A stretch of DNA of 64,000 bases from an uncultured Candidatus Saccharibacteria bacterium. Lineage in GTDB: Bacteria; Patescibacteriota; Minisyncoccia; Spechtbacterales; 2-12-FULL-38-22. Shown piece after piece: positions 46,855 through 55,955 of this stretch. The notes beneath the pieces were generated by a model, which was not told the origin of the DNA, searched no databases, and worked only from the letters and a program-made list of their open reading frames with translations. The stretch is from contig CAYMUG010000002.1 of NCBI GenBank assembly GCA_964393575.1, forward strand, positions 341 to 64,340, in the 5' to 3' direction. Positions within the stretch are counted from its first letter, which is position 1, and every line of letters begins with the position of its first letter. Both the position numbers and the translations under genes were made by a program.

Positions 46855-47292
46855 GTGAATGATCCACCGAAAGCAGATCCCAAATCCTCTTATGATCATG
46901 GTTTTTTGAAAATTGCAGCTGTAATCCTTAACAACCATCCTCTTCCGTGGACAATTGAACGTGATTGGACTTGTGAAGTACATGCATCTGATGGTGCGAT
47001 AGTAGCAAAATGCGACAGAAATAAAGAAGAAAAAGCGGAGAATATCATCAGTTGTGCTAAAAGATTATCCAATAACCAGACTATACCTATAAGTCTGATA
47101 CACAGTTTGGACGATTTAGTTTTTGAGGTTTTCATACATCATAAACCACCATGGGAATATGATTCTGAAACGGGAAATTTGTTCGCGTCAGACGGGGTTC
47201 TAATAGCAGCTAATCTATCCGATGGTTGCGCAAGAGCTCTTTGTTACTGGGCTCAAGAGATGCAATATAAGTTAAGCAATTTTAATACATAA
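46855..47292 (+). CDS. hypothetical protein (145 aa)
   Basis: ORF preceded by AAGGAGG, with a GTG start. Confidence 0.45.
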   Translation: MNDPPKADPKSSYDHGFLKIAAVILNNHPLPWTIERDWTCEVHASDGAIVAKCDRNKEEKAENIISCAKRLSNNQTIPISLIHSLDDLVFEVFIHHKPPWEYDSETGNLFASDGVLIAANLSDGCARALCYWAQEMQYKLSNFNT

Positions 47293-47318
47293 GAGACGAC
47301 ATCCTAAAGTTGGTGGTT

Positions 47319-47355
47319 AACACCCTCACAACATTCGTTGTGAGGGTTGTTTTTG
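47319..47355 (+). terminator. terminator caccctcacaac-attc-gttgtgagggtt + T-tract
   Basis: Hairpin followed by a T-run. Confidence 0.65.
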
Positions 47356-47385
47356 TCTATAATTTCAATAAGCAACTAAAAACTA

Positions 47386-47414
47386 TTGACAAATTATTTT
47401 TAATATATTATAAT
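47386..47414 (+). promoter_or_regulatory. perfect sigma70 promoter TTGACA-17-TATAAT upstream of GC-rich island 2
   Basis: TTGACA 47386-91 and TATAAT 47409-14. Confidence 0.55.
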
Positions 47415-47456
47415 TAGGTAACTCAGTTGGTACGTTGACAAAAGAAAGGAGCAGGG

Positions 47457-48416
47457 TTGCCTAAAGTTCCCGCTCCCGTTGTTGTGGCGATCGTTATTTC
47501 AATTCTCGCGCTATGCGGTGCGGGATTTGTTGTTTTTAAGAAGAACGCTGAAGCCGAACAAGCTCGACTTCAGAATCAGCTTGAGCATTCGCAATCTCGA
47601 GCTGATACTTTGAAAAGCACTGTTGACGATATCTCCCCAAAGGTGAAGTCACTAAAAACCCGCGCCGAAGAGGCCGAAGAGTTAGAAAAAGAGAACTCCC
47701 GACTAAGGAAGGAGCTTAACAAAGAGAGAACAACCACGGAAACAACACAAACCAGAACGGAAGAAGAAGAGGAGAAGGAAGAGGAAGAGGTTTCTGAAAC
47801 ACCTTCCTCTTCATCGCCCAACCCCTCGCCTACACCGGAACCCAATCGGGTTCGCGGTCATGGCGAAAAGATGGTTTTGACGTTTGATGATGGAGGTGCG
47901 CCAAATAAAGTCACGGCCATTCTGAACATTCTGAACAATAAAAATGTTCAAGCTGTGATGTTCCTGAACGGAAGATGGGCACACGCCCATCCCGACTTAG
48001 TTCGCCGTATGCGAGCCGAGGGACATATCGTAGCAAACCATACTTGGTCTCACGCGAAGCTCACCGAACTTCCCGATGAGGAAGTTCGGAGGGAAATCCG
48101 GCGTGGCGCGCAGGAAGGTTCGGATCTGTTCCGCCCTCCGTACGGAGCCATTGATGCCCGTGTTCGCGGCATTGTGCAAAGCATGGGTCTTCGGACTATG
48201 CTCTGGGACATTGACACCCGCGACTGGGACAACACCTCGGCAGACGAGATTACCCGGATCACACTGAATAACGCCCGGCCGGGAGCTGTAGTGCTTCTGC
48301 ATCTCCACGGAGAACATACCGCAGAAGCGTTGCCGCGCATGATCGACGGTCTGCGCAATCAGGGCTATACATTTGGCCTTCCCGCCCCCGAGAAGGAGGA
48401 AAGTAATGCTACGTAA
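47457..48416 (+). CDS. polysaccharide deacetylase (CE4/NodB) with N-terminal TM, coiled coil and an acidic/Pro-rich linker
   Basis: The NodB motifs TFDDG, HTWSH and RPPYG are present. The gene is GC-rich. Confidence 0.8.
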   Translation: MPKVPAPVVVAIVISILALCGAGFVVFKKNAEAEQARLQNQLEHSQSRADTLKSTVDDISPKVKSLKTRAEEAEELEKENSRLRKELNKERTTTETTQTRTEEEEEKEEEEVSETPSSSSPNPSPTPEPNRVRGHGEKMVLTFDDGGAPNKVTAILNILNNKNVQAVMFLNGRWAHAHPDLVRRMRAEGHIVANHTWSHAKLTELPDEEVRREIRRGAQEGSDLFRPPYGAIDARVRGIVQSMGLRTMLWDIDTRDWDNTSADEITRITLNNARPGAVVLLHLHGEHTAEALPRMIDGLRNQGYTFGLPAPEKEESNAT

Positions 48417-48696
48417 AAAGTTGGTAGCTGCCATACTGATGGCCGTACTCGCAACAGCGAGTGCTGCCTCAGCAGCCCATGAGGTAATTGAGGCAAGCGA
48501 CCTCCGGGAAGAGAATACTCAACTTCAGGATGAAGTTGAATCACTTTCCGAGGAGCGTGAAACCCTTGAACGCTTCGCTCGGCTCCAAGAAAAACACGAA
48601 GAGCTGAGCGGGAAAGCGAAGAAAACCGACCAGAAAGTGCGAGATCTGAAAGAGAAAAAAACAGGGCTTACGCGAGCATTGGAGGAGCACCGATGA
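48406..48696 (+). CDS. small membrane-anchored coiled-coil protein
   Basis: ORF with a TM segment and heptad repeats. GC-rich. Confidence 0.45.
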   Translation: MLRKKLVAAILMAVLATASAASAAHEVIEASDLREENTQLQDEVESLSEERETLERFARLQEKHEELSGKAKKTDQKVRDLKEKKTGLTRALEEHR

Positions 48697-49442
48697 GAAA
48701 CGAATTTTTCGCTAGAGTCAATTTCTTCGTTGGCTTTACTGCAATCACGGCGATCATTGTCGCCGTTAGTGCCGCTTTGCTCCTCGTCACGAACGTCGAG
48801 GAGCCCCAACAGGCCAATGCTCAGCTAAAAGAGCAGAAGGCCGAGCTCTCTAGCAGCGTCAGCGAGATGCGCGAAAAGCATAAGGTGAGCGGGAAGCCTT
48901 CCCTCTCTCCTCAGGTTTCTGAACTCGAGGAGGGGGTTCAGAGACTTCGCTCGGAGGTCGGTACTCTTTCGGGGAAAAAGAAAAACCTCGAAAAAGAGGT
49001 TGCCGGACTTCGTGAGAATGTGCGCGAAGCCCGGGAAGCCCGGGAAGCCAGAGAAGCCGAAGAGAGGCAATCCCAATCCCGCCAGAGTCAGAGCGCTCAT
49101 AGCGGTCGCACTCCGGCAAGTGCGCGGGCACTCGGCCGCCAGATGGCCGCCCAACGAGGTTGGGCAGGCCGTCAGTGGCCATGCCTGAATGAGCTCTGGA
49201 GACGGGAAAGTGGATGGCGCTATAACATCCAAAACCATACCCACCGGCGCCAAGGTCGAGCTATAGAAAACTCGGCCTACGGAATCCCGCAGGCGTTACC
49301 TGGCAGGAAAATGGCCAGCCACGGCGGCGACTGGCGCACCAACCCACGTACACAGATAGCGTGGGGGTTGGACTACATCGCCGACCGTTATGGAACGCCG
49401 TGCAACGCACTGGCATTCCATAACCGAAAAAACTGGTACTGA
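48693..49442 (+). CDS. membrane-anchored coiled-coil protein with a C-terminal lysozyme-like (SLT/GH23-like) transglycosylase domain
   Basis: C-terminal W.CL..LW.RESGW...N......SAYGIPQA...WGLDYI..RYG.PC resembles actinobacterial SLT-type domains. Encodes REAREAREA in its coiled-coil region. GC-rich. Confidence 0.5.
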   Translation: MRNEFFARVNFFVGFTAITAIIVAVSAALLLVTNVEEPQQANAQLKEQKAELSSSVSEMREKHKVSGKPSLSPQVSELEEGVQRLRSEVGTLSGKKKNLEKEVAGLRENVREAREAREAREAEERQSQSRQSQSAHSGRTPASARALGRQMAAQRGWAGRQWPCLNELWRRESGWRYNIQNHTHRRQGRAIENSAYGIPQALPGRKMASHGGDWRTNPRTQIAWGLDYIADRYGTPCNALAFHNRKNWY

Positions 49443-49452
49443 CGCTCCAGAA

Positions 49453-49549
49453 GAGAGGGGGAGTCGGTACTCAGGTGAGTACCGACTCCCCCTCTCGACC
49501 TGTTCTTTAGTAAAAAGGTCCCCGCAAGTTATATACTGCGGGGTTTTTT
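49453..49549 (+). terminator. strong 19-bp-stem GC hairpin (49453-49494) followed by the terminator ccccgc-aagttatatact-gcgggg + T6
   Basis: Read directly. Confidence 0.6.
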
Positions 49550-49666
49550 ATTTTGTAATAGTCATCGTCATAGTGATTTTATGTCAGTGTCAGTGTTGGT
49601 GCCTGCCATCTGCCATTGGTCATAATGGTTTTACGTCATCGTCATAGTCACAGTCATAGTGGTTTC

Positions 49667-50746
49667 TCACATCCCTCTCTTCCAGATCCTGTACTTGTCT
49701 ACCGCCCAACTCAACCAATATTTATAATTTAATTTATAATCCCGCGCGTGAAGGTAGTCAGTTCTAAACCCGCCGAATCCTTTTTTGAACAAAGTAAGAC
49801 CGTACCAGGGATGGCTTTTATTTTCCTCGTCTTTTGCAATACCCCAAAAGTTATAATATTGTTTACCTTTATTTTTAGCGTCCGTAATCGCACTCCACTG
49901 CACAAGGTGTGAGGCGGGAATTTTTTTATATTTTTCGTTTGTTGTATTCGCGCCATGGTGGTAATAAGCGCTGTGCCCGTAAAAAACAATAATAGCAGAT
50001 GCAACGGGGGTATCATTGTAATAACCTATATAAATCCCTATACCCTCTTCACCGAAATGATTGATTTGCGCTCTTATAAACTTTTCCGAAAATGGCGTAA
50101 ACCCGTGTTTATGCGCGGTTTCGTTGTATAATTTTAGAAAATCTTTAATCAAATCATCTGAAGTACCGCTTTTTACTTCCACCCCCTCTTTTTTAGCGCG
50201 TCTTACAAGGTTTCGCGTATTCTTGCGCATTTCCGCCATAAGTCCGTCTTCGGACTTAGATAAATCTATTGTCCAGGTAGTTTCAGCATGCATATAAATG
50301 GGTGCTGAACGATATCCCAATTCTTCAAATATCTCTCTGTTTTCTTCCGTATCTTTCAATAAAGGGCTTACTCTTATAAAACTTGTGTTTTCAGATTTTC
50401 CTAATTGTATAAAATAATCCGTAACTGTTTTTAGAATTTGAAATTTGTAATTTGAAATTTGTTTGTTACTTGTTATTTGGGATTTGAAATTTCCGTGTTC
50501 GCTTTGGGCGAACACGGGCCCGTGTGGAACAAATAAAAAATTACCGCGCCGCGCGTGCACTTTTACAACCATAGCAGCCGCTATAAGTTCTTCGTTTTTG
50601 TAAATACCTAAACGCCACACCTTATCCCCTAACCCGTGATTTAACTCTCCCCACGCCCACGAGTGTAGAAAAGAATGTTGCGTGCAGGATGTAATAAAAC
50701 CATCCCATCGTTCTTTATTTTCTATTTCTTTTATCTCCAAATCCAT
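49667..50746 (-). CDS. FemAB-family peptidoglycan interpeptide-bridge aminoacyltransferase
   Basis: FemABX fold signatures are present (SFLHSWAWGEL, FLFVPHGPV, a C-terminal GNAT-like half). Confidence 0.75.
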   Translation of the reverse strand: MDLEIKEIENKERWDGFITSCTQHSFLHSWAWGELNHGLGDKVWRLGIYKNEELIAAAMVVKVHARRGNFLFVPHGPVFAQSEHGNFKSQITSNKQISNYKFQILKTVTDYFIQLGKSENTSFIRVSPLLKDTEENREIFEELGYRSAPIYMHAETTWTIDLSKSEDGLMAEMRKNTRNLVRRAKKEGVEVKSGTSDDLIKDFLKLYNETAHKHGFTPFSEKFIRAQINHFGEEGIGIYIGYYNDTPVASAIIVFYGHSAYYHHGANTTNEKYKKIPASHLVQWSAITDAKNKGKQYYNFWGIAKDEENKSHPWYGLTLFKKGFGGFRTDYLHARDYKLNYKYWLSWAVDKYRIWKRGM

Positions 50747-50753
50747 TAAAATT

Positions 50754-51995
50754 TTAAAAATTTGAAAGTAATAATTTAACCAACCTGCCCGCGTCTTTTT
50801 CTTTTGTTCTTATATTTGTCGGCAGATTTAATATTTCGGATGCCGAGCGCTCTGCGTTCTCGGTGTTGCCTTTATAGTTTACCGCCTGTTTTTCCGTTCC
50901 CTCGGGCGCGATAACCTCTTTATACCAATCCCCTAAAATAAACCCTTTTTCTTTCGCGAGTTCTTTAATTTTTTCGGGATTCTTATGCATTACGGGATAC
51001 CTTAGAAATATACTTCCTTTGCTATAATATTCCGGAATCTTAAAACCTTTTTTGTCTTTCAGGGCATCTTCATAAATACGGGCAAGTTTTTTTCGGTGAG
51101 AATTCAATTTATCCAGCTTATGAAACTGGTTCAGAGCAAGACAGGAAAGTGCATTCGGCATTTTGGCGGGGAAATAACTTGGTTTCTCCGCGCTTTTTTC
51201 CTGTTTGCTTACCGCAACACTTAACAACCGTAGTTTTTGAAGTGCAAAGAGTAAGTATTTGCCCAAAAAATTATATGTAGCCAGGATAAAGGGCGAGAGA
51301 ATAGGATGAAGCACTTGTTGTATTGTCCACAACATCGCGGGATAACTTAATTTTGCGAATTCGTCGTCCAATTCATTCTGTATTTCGCTTTTATTTGCTA
51401 TAACCGCCCCGCCATACACAGAGGAAATAACTTTGTCCCGGCCGAAACTAAAAAAAGCGGCATCCCCCATTGTTCCGACTTTTTTACTTTTATTTTCACT
51501 GTCCGCAGGCACATACTCCGCCCCGAGGGCGTGCGCACAATCCTCTATTACGGGCACCCCGTGAGCGTGTGCTATAGAGAGAATTTTTTCCATTTGAGCC
51601 GGGATACCGAAGGTGTGCTGTACAATAATTGCTTTTGTGTTATCCGTTATCTTTTTCTCAATGTCCTCGGGAAGAATGTTAAAACTCTTATCTATATCCG
51701 CGTAAACCGGTTTAGCTCCCGCCCACACAATCGGGTTTGCAACAGCGTTACATGTAAATGACTGAAGTATAACTTCATCGTCATCACCTATCTTCATCGC
51801 GCGCAAGAGTACATATAACGCGCTGCGCCCGCTATTGAAAAGCCATACTTTTTCCGTATTAAAATATGCAGCAAAACTATTTTTTAATCTTTCAGAGCAA
51901 CTCCCCTTATTCCAAGCGAATGGAGATGAAAAAATTTTTAATGCCTCAGCGACATCATCTTTTTCAATATTAGGTGAGAGAGAAATGTGAACCAT
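50754..51995 (-). CDS. DegT/DnrJ/EryC1/StrS-family PLP-dependent aminotransferase
   Basis: Family motifs are present (SGRSAL, IIVQHTFG, SFGRDKVIS). Confidence 0.85.
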   Translation of the reverse strand: MVHISLSPNIEKDDVAEALKIFSSPFAWNKGSCSERLKNSFAAYFNTEKVWLFNSGRSALYVLLRAMKIGDDDEVILQSFTCNAVANPIVWAGAKPVYADIDKSFNILPEDIEKKITDNTKAIIVQHTFGIPAQMEKILSIAHAHGVPVIEDCAHALGAEYVPADSENKSKKVGTMGDAAFFSFGRDKVISSVYGGAVIANKSEIQNELDDEFAKLSYPAMLWTIQQVLHPILSPFILATYNFLGKYLLFALQKLRLLSVAVSKQEKSAEKPSYFPAKMPNALSCLALNQFHKLDKLNSHRKKLARIYEDALKDKKGFKIPEYYSKGSIFLRYPVMHKNPEKIKELAKEKGFILGDWYKEVIAPEGTEKQAVNYKGNTENAERSASEILNLPTNIRTKEKDAGRLVKLLLSNF

Positions 51996-52004
51996 AATTT
52001 GAGA

Positions 52005-53630
52005 TTAATCAAGCGTGAGCCCGTTTACTATATTTTGCGGCACGCGATTCTCTATGAGTATGATATCACCCTTATCAGTTAGTTCCTGTGCCTTTCTCAG
52101 GGCTTTATGCGCGTCGGGTATCGCAAAAATAGATCCTTTATCCATACCTACATCTATAGCTTCTTTATACATAACTTTAAAGTAATCAGTAGAAGTTAGA
52201 ATAAAATAATCGCATATTGATGCAACCTCAGAGGCAATTCGTTTATGCACTCTCTCAGCTGCATCTCCTAGTTCTATAAGTGGACGTAAAATACATATTT
52301 TGTTATTGCCATTCATTGTGCGCAACACAGAAAGCGCTGACAGAACTCCGTGCATATTAGCGGTATAAGAATCGTCCAGTACGGTTGACTCTTTAATACC
52401 CTTTCTGGTGCGTAAAGCGTGCCGGCGGGGTTTAAACTCGGCTAATTTTTTCTGTATCTCATCAAAGGGCACGTCCAGCTCACGCGCTACGGTAACCGCT
52501 CCCATAATATTTATTGCGTTATGCTCTCCCAAGAGTGAGCTTTTTAGGGTGTATTCACGGCTATCCCCTTTTTCTTTTACTTTAATTTCAAGTCCCTGCG
52601 CAGTAGACGTGACTTTTTCAGCAAGAACTTTTTGTTTCGAGATGTCTATCGTAGGGTCTGTAGTATATACCCGCTTGGGAGTATTACATTGCCGAAAAAG
52701 AGACAAAGTATATTTATTATTGCCGTTAAATACAGCTAAGCCCTTCTCCGGAAGCGCCTCTATAAGTTCATATTTTCCTTCTTGTATATTTTTAAAATTA
52801 CCGAACAGAGAAATATGCTGATTGCCAATACCGGTAAGAACACCTATTTGGGGTTGTGCGGTTTCCGCGCTTTTTTTAATTTCCCCTTTTTTATAAGCGC
52901 CCATTTCCGCTATAAATACCTCGTGCTCCTGTTTTAAATTTTTTAATATTACTTTTGCTATACCTATCTCGGCATTTACATTTTCCGGGGTTTTTATAGT
53001 TTTAAACTGCCCACTGAGTAAAGAATATAGCAGATCTTTCATTGTACTTTTCCCGTAGCTTCCGGTTATGCCTATAACAAGCAAATTTTTCATTTTTCCC
53101 CTTTTTTCTGCAGCACGTTTTAATGTGCGGTTTTTGAGAAGCGCGGCAAGCGGATGTGTTGCCAGGACTGCCAATGACACCCCCGCGAATAAAAGGATAT
53201 CCGCCGCTATAAACCACACAAGAAGAAATTCTTGGGCGTATATAAAAACAGCAGCAGTACCTCCGGCATACAACAAAATAACTCCTGCGAAAACCAATAT
53301 CGCCCGAAAAGTAAACTTCGGTATTTTTATTTTCTTTTTTTGTAGTGCCTGCAGTGTGCGTACACCAAAAAAACTATAAAAAAAGAGAATGACAGCAAGA
53401 GCAGCTGATTGGGCAACACTAAAAGGGAGAGATGCTAAAATCAGCATTCCGAGAAGCCAGGTAAGTCGTTTGTTCAAAATAAGTTTTTTAGAAGAAGGTT
53501 CCTGAAAATGAACACGCATTCTATCCGCACGGTATTCCTTAACCTGCCATAAATATATCCAAAAAAGAGCGTTTCTTAGCAGGACAACACTCCAGAGTAG
53601 AAATATTATAAAAAGTATAATAAATGACAT
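52005..53630 (-). CDS. murF: UDP-MurNAc-tripeptide--D-Ala-D-Ala ligase-like Mur ligase fused to an N-terminal ~150-aa multi-TM domain
   Basis: The GITGSYGKST P-loop and a C-terminal DDSYTAN are present. The N-terminus carries 4-5 TM helices. Confidence 0.75.
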   Translation of the reverse strand: MSFIILFIIFLLWSVVLLRNALFWIYLWQVKEYRADRMRVHFQEPSSKKLILNKRLTWLLGMLILASLPFSVAQSAALAVILFFYSFFGVRTLQALQKKKIKIPKFTFRAILVFAGVILLYAGGTAAVFIYAQEFLLVWFIAADILLFAGVSLAVLATHPLAALLKNRTLKRAAEKRGKMKNLLVIGITGSYGKSTMKDLLYSLLSGQFKTIKTPENVNAEIGIAKVILKNLKQEHEVFIAEMGAYKKGEIKKSAETAQPQIGVLTGIGNQHISLFGNFKNIQEGKYELIEALPEKGLAVFNGNNKYTLSLFRQCNTPKRVYTTDPTIDISKQKVLAEKVTSTAQGLEIKVKEKGDSREYTLKSSLLGEHNAINIMGAVTVARELDVPFDEIQKKLAEFKPRRHALRTRKGIKESTVLDDSYTANMHGVLSALSVLRTMNGNNKICILRPLIELGDAAERVHKRIASEVASICDYFILTSTDYFKVMYKEAIDVGMDKGSIFAIPDAHKALRKAQELTDKGDIILIENRVPQNIVNGLTLD

Positions 53631-54406
53631 TATTTTTCCCCTTTAATAAACAAAGAAATTTGTTTGGCAATTTCTTTCGGCGCCTTCAGGTTAATAGCAT
53701 GAGGCATATCAGGAAACACGTGCATATGGGATAAAGGTATAGTTTGGTGTAACAAAAAACCATCCGAAACCGGAGTAAGTACGTCCTTATCCCCCCATAA
53801 AATAAGTGTATGTGTTTTTATATGGGGTAAGTACGCTTTTAATTCTTCCGCTATAACCCTCTTTAGTATTTCTTTCATTTTAGGGCTCGCTTTTTTGTAA
53901 TCCTTTCGTGATGCAAACCGATGCCATATTTTTTTTACCGGTTCTTTGAATACAGAAAGCCCGGGCTTTGAAAACACCCAATCCCCCATTTTAGTCAAAG
54001 CTATAAAAAGCCGTGTTTTTACGTCTTTATGTCTTATTACTCCTGCCGCACTCATAAGCACTAAAGCGCGCAATTCTCTTGCGTTTTTTTGGGCGTATTT
54101 TATTGCTATTCTGCCCCCGAAAGAGTGCCCTGCCAGAACAAATTGATGTAAGTTAAGCGCTTTGGCAAAATTTCGGACAAACTCCATATAATCAGAAAGA
54201 TTCCATATGTCTTCGGGTTCATCTGTTTGTCCGAAACCGGGCAAGTCGGGCACTATAACTCTGAATCCTCTATCAACCAGATGTTTCTGAGTTTCTCTCC
54301 AGGATTCCGTGGAGGCAGACCAGCCGTGTAGTATTAAAATAGGCACGCCTTCACCTTCTTCAACATAAAATACGTTTAATCCCTGTATCTCTTGGTTTTT
54401 TTCCAT
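53630..54406 (-). CDS. alpha/beta-hydrolase fold protein
   Basis: The HGWS oxyanion motif, the GHSFGG nucleophile elbow and a C-terminal His are present. Confidence 0.75.
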   Translation of the reverse strand: MEKNQEIQGLNVFYVEEGEGVPILILHGWSASTESWRETQKHLVDRGFRVIVPDLPGFGQTDEPEDIWNLSDYMEFVRNFAKALNLHQFVLAGHSFGGRIAIKYAQKNARELRALVLMSAAGVIRHKDVKTRLFIALTKMGDWVFSKPGLSVFKEPVKKIWHRFASRKDYKKASPKMKEILKRVIAEELKAYLPHIKTHTLILWGDKDVLTPVSDGFLLHQTIPLSHMHVFPDMPHAINLKAPKEIAKQISLFIKGEK

Positions 54407-54555
54407 CTACTGTATTTTAAACCAAGCCCACACAAAGTACAAGGAGTGATTCACAAACTGCCATATTGCCATATTGATGCCCGCCGCCCGCTTCGCCGAA
54501 CGAGGCGAACAGGCGCGCTGAGGTAATTTAATAATATAGCAATGTGGTAATTTAT

Positions 54556-55098
54556 TTAGCTATGCCATTTTTCTTCCGCCCTGCCTTCTTTGTGGTTCAG
54601 ATAACGCGCGAGAGTAAAAAAGACATCGGAAAGCCGGTTTACATATGACTGCACCATTTGTTGTTGAAGATCCAAAGAAACGATTCTCCTCTCTGCACCC
54701 CTCGCCTTAGTACGGCACAAATGTATAAGTGAGGCGGCTTTGGTGCCTCCGGGTAAAATAAAATTTGTCAGCTCCGGTAAATCTTTTTCAAATTGCTTGA
54801 TAGTTTTTTCCAAAAATTCAACACGGTCTTCTGTTAGTTCGGGGGCGGGACTTGAATCTTCTGAGTCAGGTGCAACCCCTAAGCTGCTTTGTGCGGTAAA
54901 AATATCGCGTTGTATTTCTTTCAAAGTTTCATTTACTTCGGAATATTGAATAAAAGAATTAGCAACTCCTAAAAAACTGTTTAGTTCATCTAAAGCACCA
55001 AGCGCATGAAAACGCTCGGAATTTTTAGAGAACTTTTTTCCCATAGCTCCGAATAAATTGGTCTTCCCGTTATCACCTTGTCCGATATTTGGTTTCAT
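54556..55098 (-). CDS. PduO-type ATP:cob(I)alamin adenosyltransferase family protein
   Basis: MKPNIGQGDNGKTNLFGA...DELNSFLG matches the MMAB/PduO family. The start is taken at MKPNIG. Confidence 0.75.
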   Translation of the reverse strand: MKPNIGQGDNGKTNLFGAMGKKFSKNSERFHALGALDELNSFLGVANSFIQYSEVNETLKEIQRDIFTAQSSLGVAPDSEDSSPAPELTEDRVEFLEKTIKQFEKDLPELTNFILPGGTKAASLIHLCRTKARGAERRIVSLDLQQQMVQSYVNRLSDVFFTLARYLNHKEGRAEEKWHS

Positions 55099-55123
55099 AA
55101 TTACAACGAATCGGTTTTTCTTG

Positions 55124-55435
55124 TTACTTATTACTATCAATTACCTTCCCCACAATATCAAGACGGGTTACGGGGCCAAAGTGCCTGCTGTCAGTGCTGT
55201 TTTTGTAATTATCTCCTTCTACAAAATACTGTGATCCGCTTTTACGAACTATCCTTTTCATCATTCGAATAGTTTTATTTCCGGGATGTTTAATTACAAC
55301 TACATCGCCTACGTCGGGTTTTGTAAATAAATAAGCAAGGCGACTTACTAACACTTCATCCCCCTGCTTATATTCGGGTTCCATACTTTTACCCTTAACC
55401 GTATAACGAAAGATTGGAGAAAATTTAGAGGCCAT
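55124..55435 (-). CDS. sodX: S26 signal-peptidase-like NiSOD maturation protease
   Basis: GKSMEP (Ser), a KR motif and GDNYKNSTDSRHFG are present. It lies immediately downstream of sodN. The start is placed at MASKFS (55435), which is preceded by the leader motif. Confidence 0.65.
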   Translation of the reverse strand: MASKFSPIFRYTVKGKSMEPEYKQGDEVLVSRLAYLFTKPDVGDVVVIKHPGNKTIRMMKRIVRKSGSQYFVEGDNYKNSTDSRHFGPVTRLDIVGKVIDSNK

Positions 55436-55466
55436 TGTTTTGTTCACTGCGTTCACAAAATCGTAA
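55436..55466 (-). promoter_or_regulatory. conserved 5' leader motif copy (GTGAACGCAGTGAACAAAACA-ATG)
   Basis: Leader motif family. Confidence 0.45.
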
Positions 55467-55499
55467 CCCGTATTACTTATTACGGCGAGCGTAGTAAAC

Positions 55500-55955
55500 T
55501 TATTTAGCTTGATTCTCCATATTTTTACGGACCGCATCGTAATCATATCCTTCTTTTGTGCGTGCAAATGCTTCACCTACTTCATCCACACACTCAAGAA
55601 GATGTTGCGCATCTTTTTCTTCTACCGTTTTTTTTGCCTGGCCGGCGGCCTTTGTAGCCCTCCAGAATAAATCGTGAATATCGGTTCCCCCCGCTTCTTC
55701 CAGATGATGCGGTTTAAAGTAATCCGTCCAAAGAACCCACAAGTGATGCTTAACGTATTCTGCTCTTTCCTCTTTAATTAAAAGCGCGCGTTGCTTTTCT
55801 ACATCACTTTCAGAATTATGATAAATTTTAACCGCATTATAGACGCTTTGCGCTTCAATGCGTGCCTGTGCGGGATCATATACTCCACAGAAAAGGTCGC
55901 AATGAGCATACACATCTCCTGCGTCTATTAGTTTTGAGATAAGATTCTTAAACAT
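55500..55955 (-). CDS. sodN: nickel superoxide dismutase precursor (leader + HCDLFCGVY Ni-hook)
   Basis: HCDLFCGVYDPAQARIEAQSV...HHLWVLWTDYFKP aligns along NiSOD. The leader peptide precedes His1. Confidence 0.85.
   Translation of the reverse strand: MFKNLISKLIDAGDVYAHCDLFCGVYDPAQARIEAQSVYNAVKIYHNSESDVEKQRALLIKEERAEYVKHHLWVLWTDYFKPHHLEEAGGTDIHDLFWRATKAAGQAKKTVEEKDAQHLLECVDEVGEAFARTKEGYDYDAVRKNMENQAK

Noticed and set aside
55124-55576. Annotating this ORF as the housekeeping signal peptidase I (LepB)
   Set aside because: It lacks the usual N-terminal TM anchor when started at the motif-supported ATG (55435). It sits directly downstream of sodN and is as short as known SodX proteins. SodX assignment is preferred.
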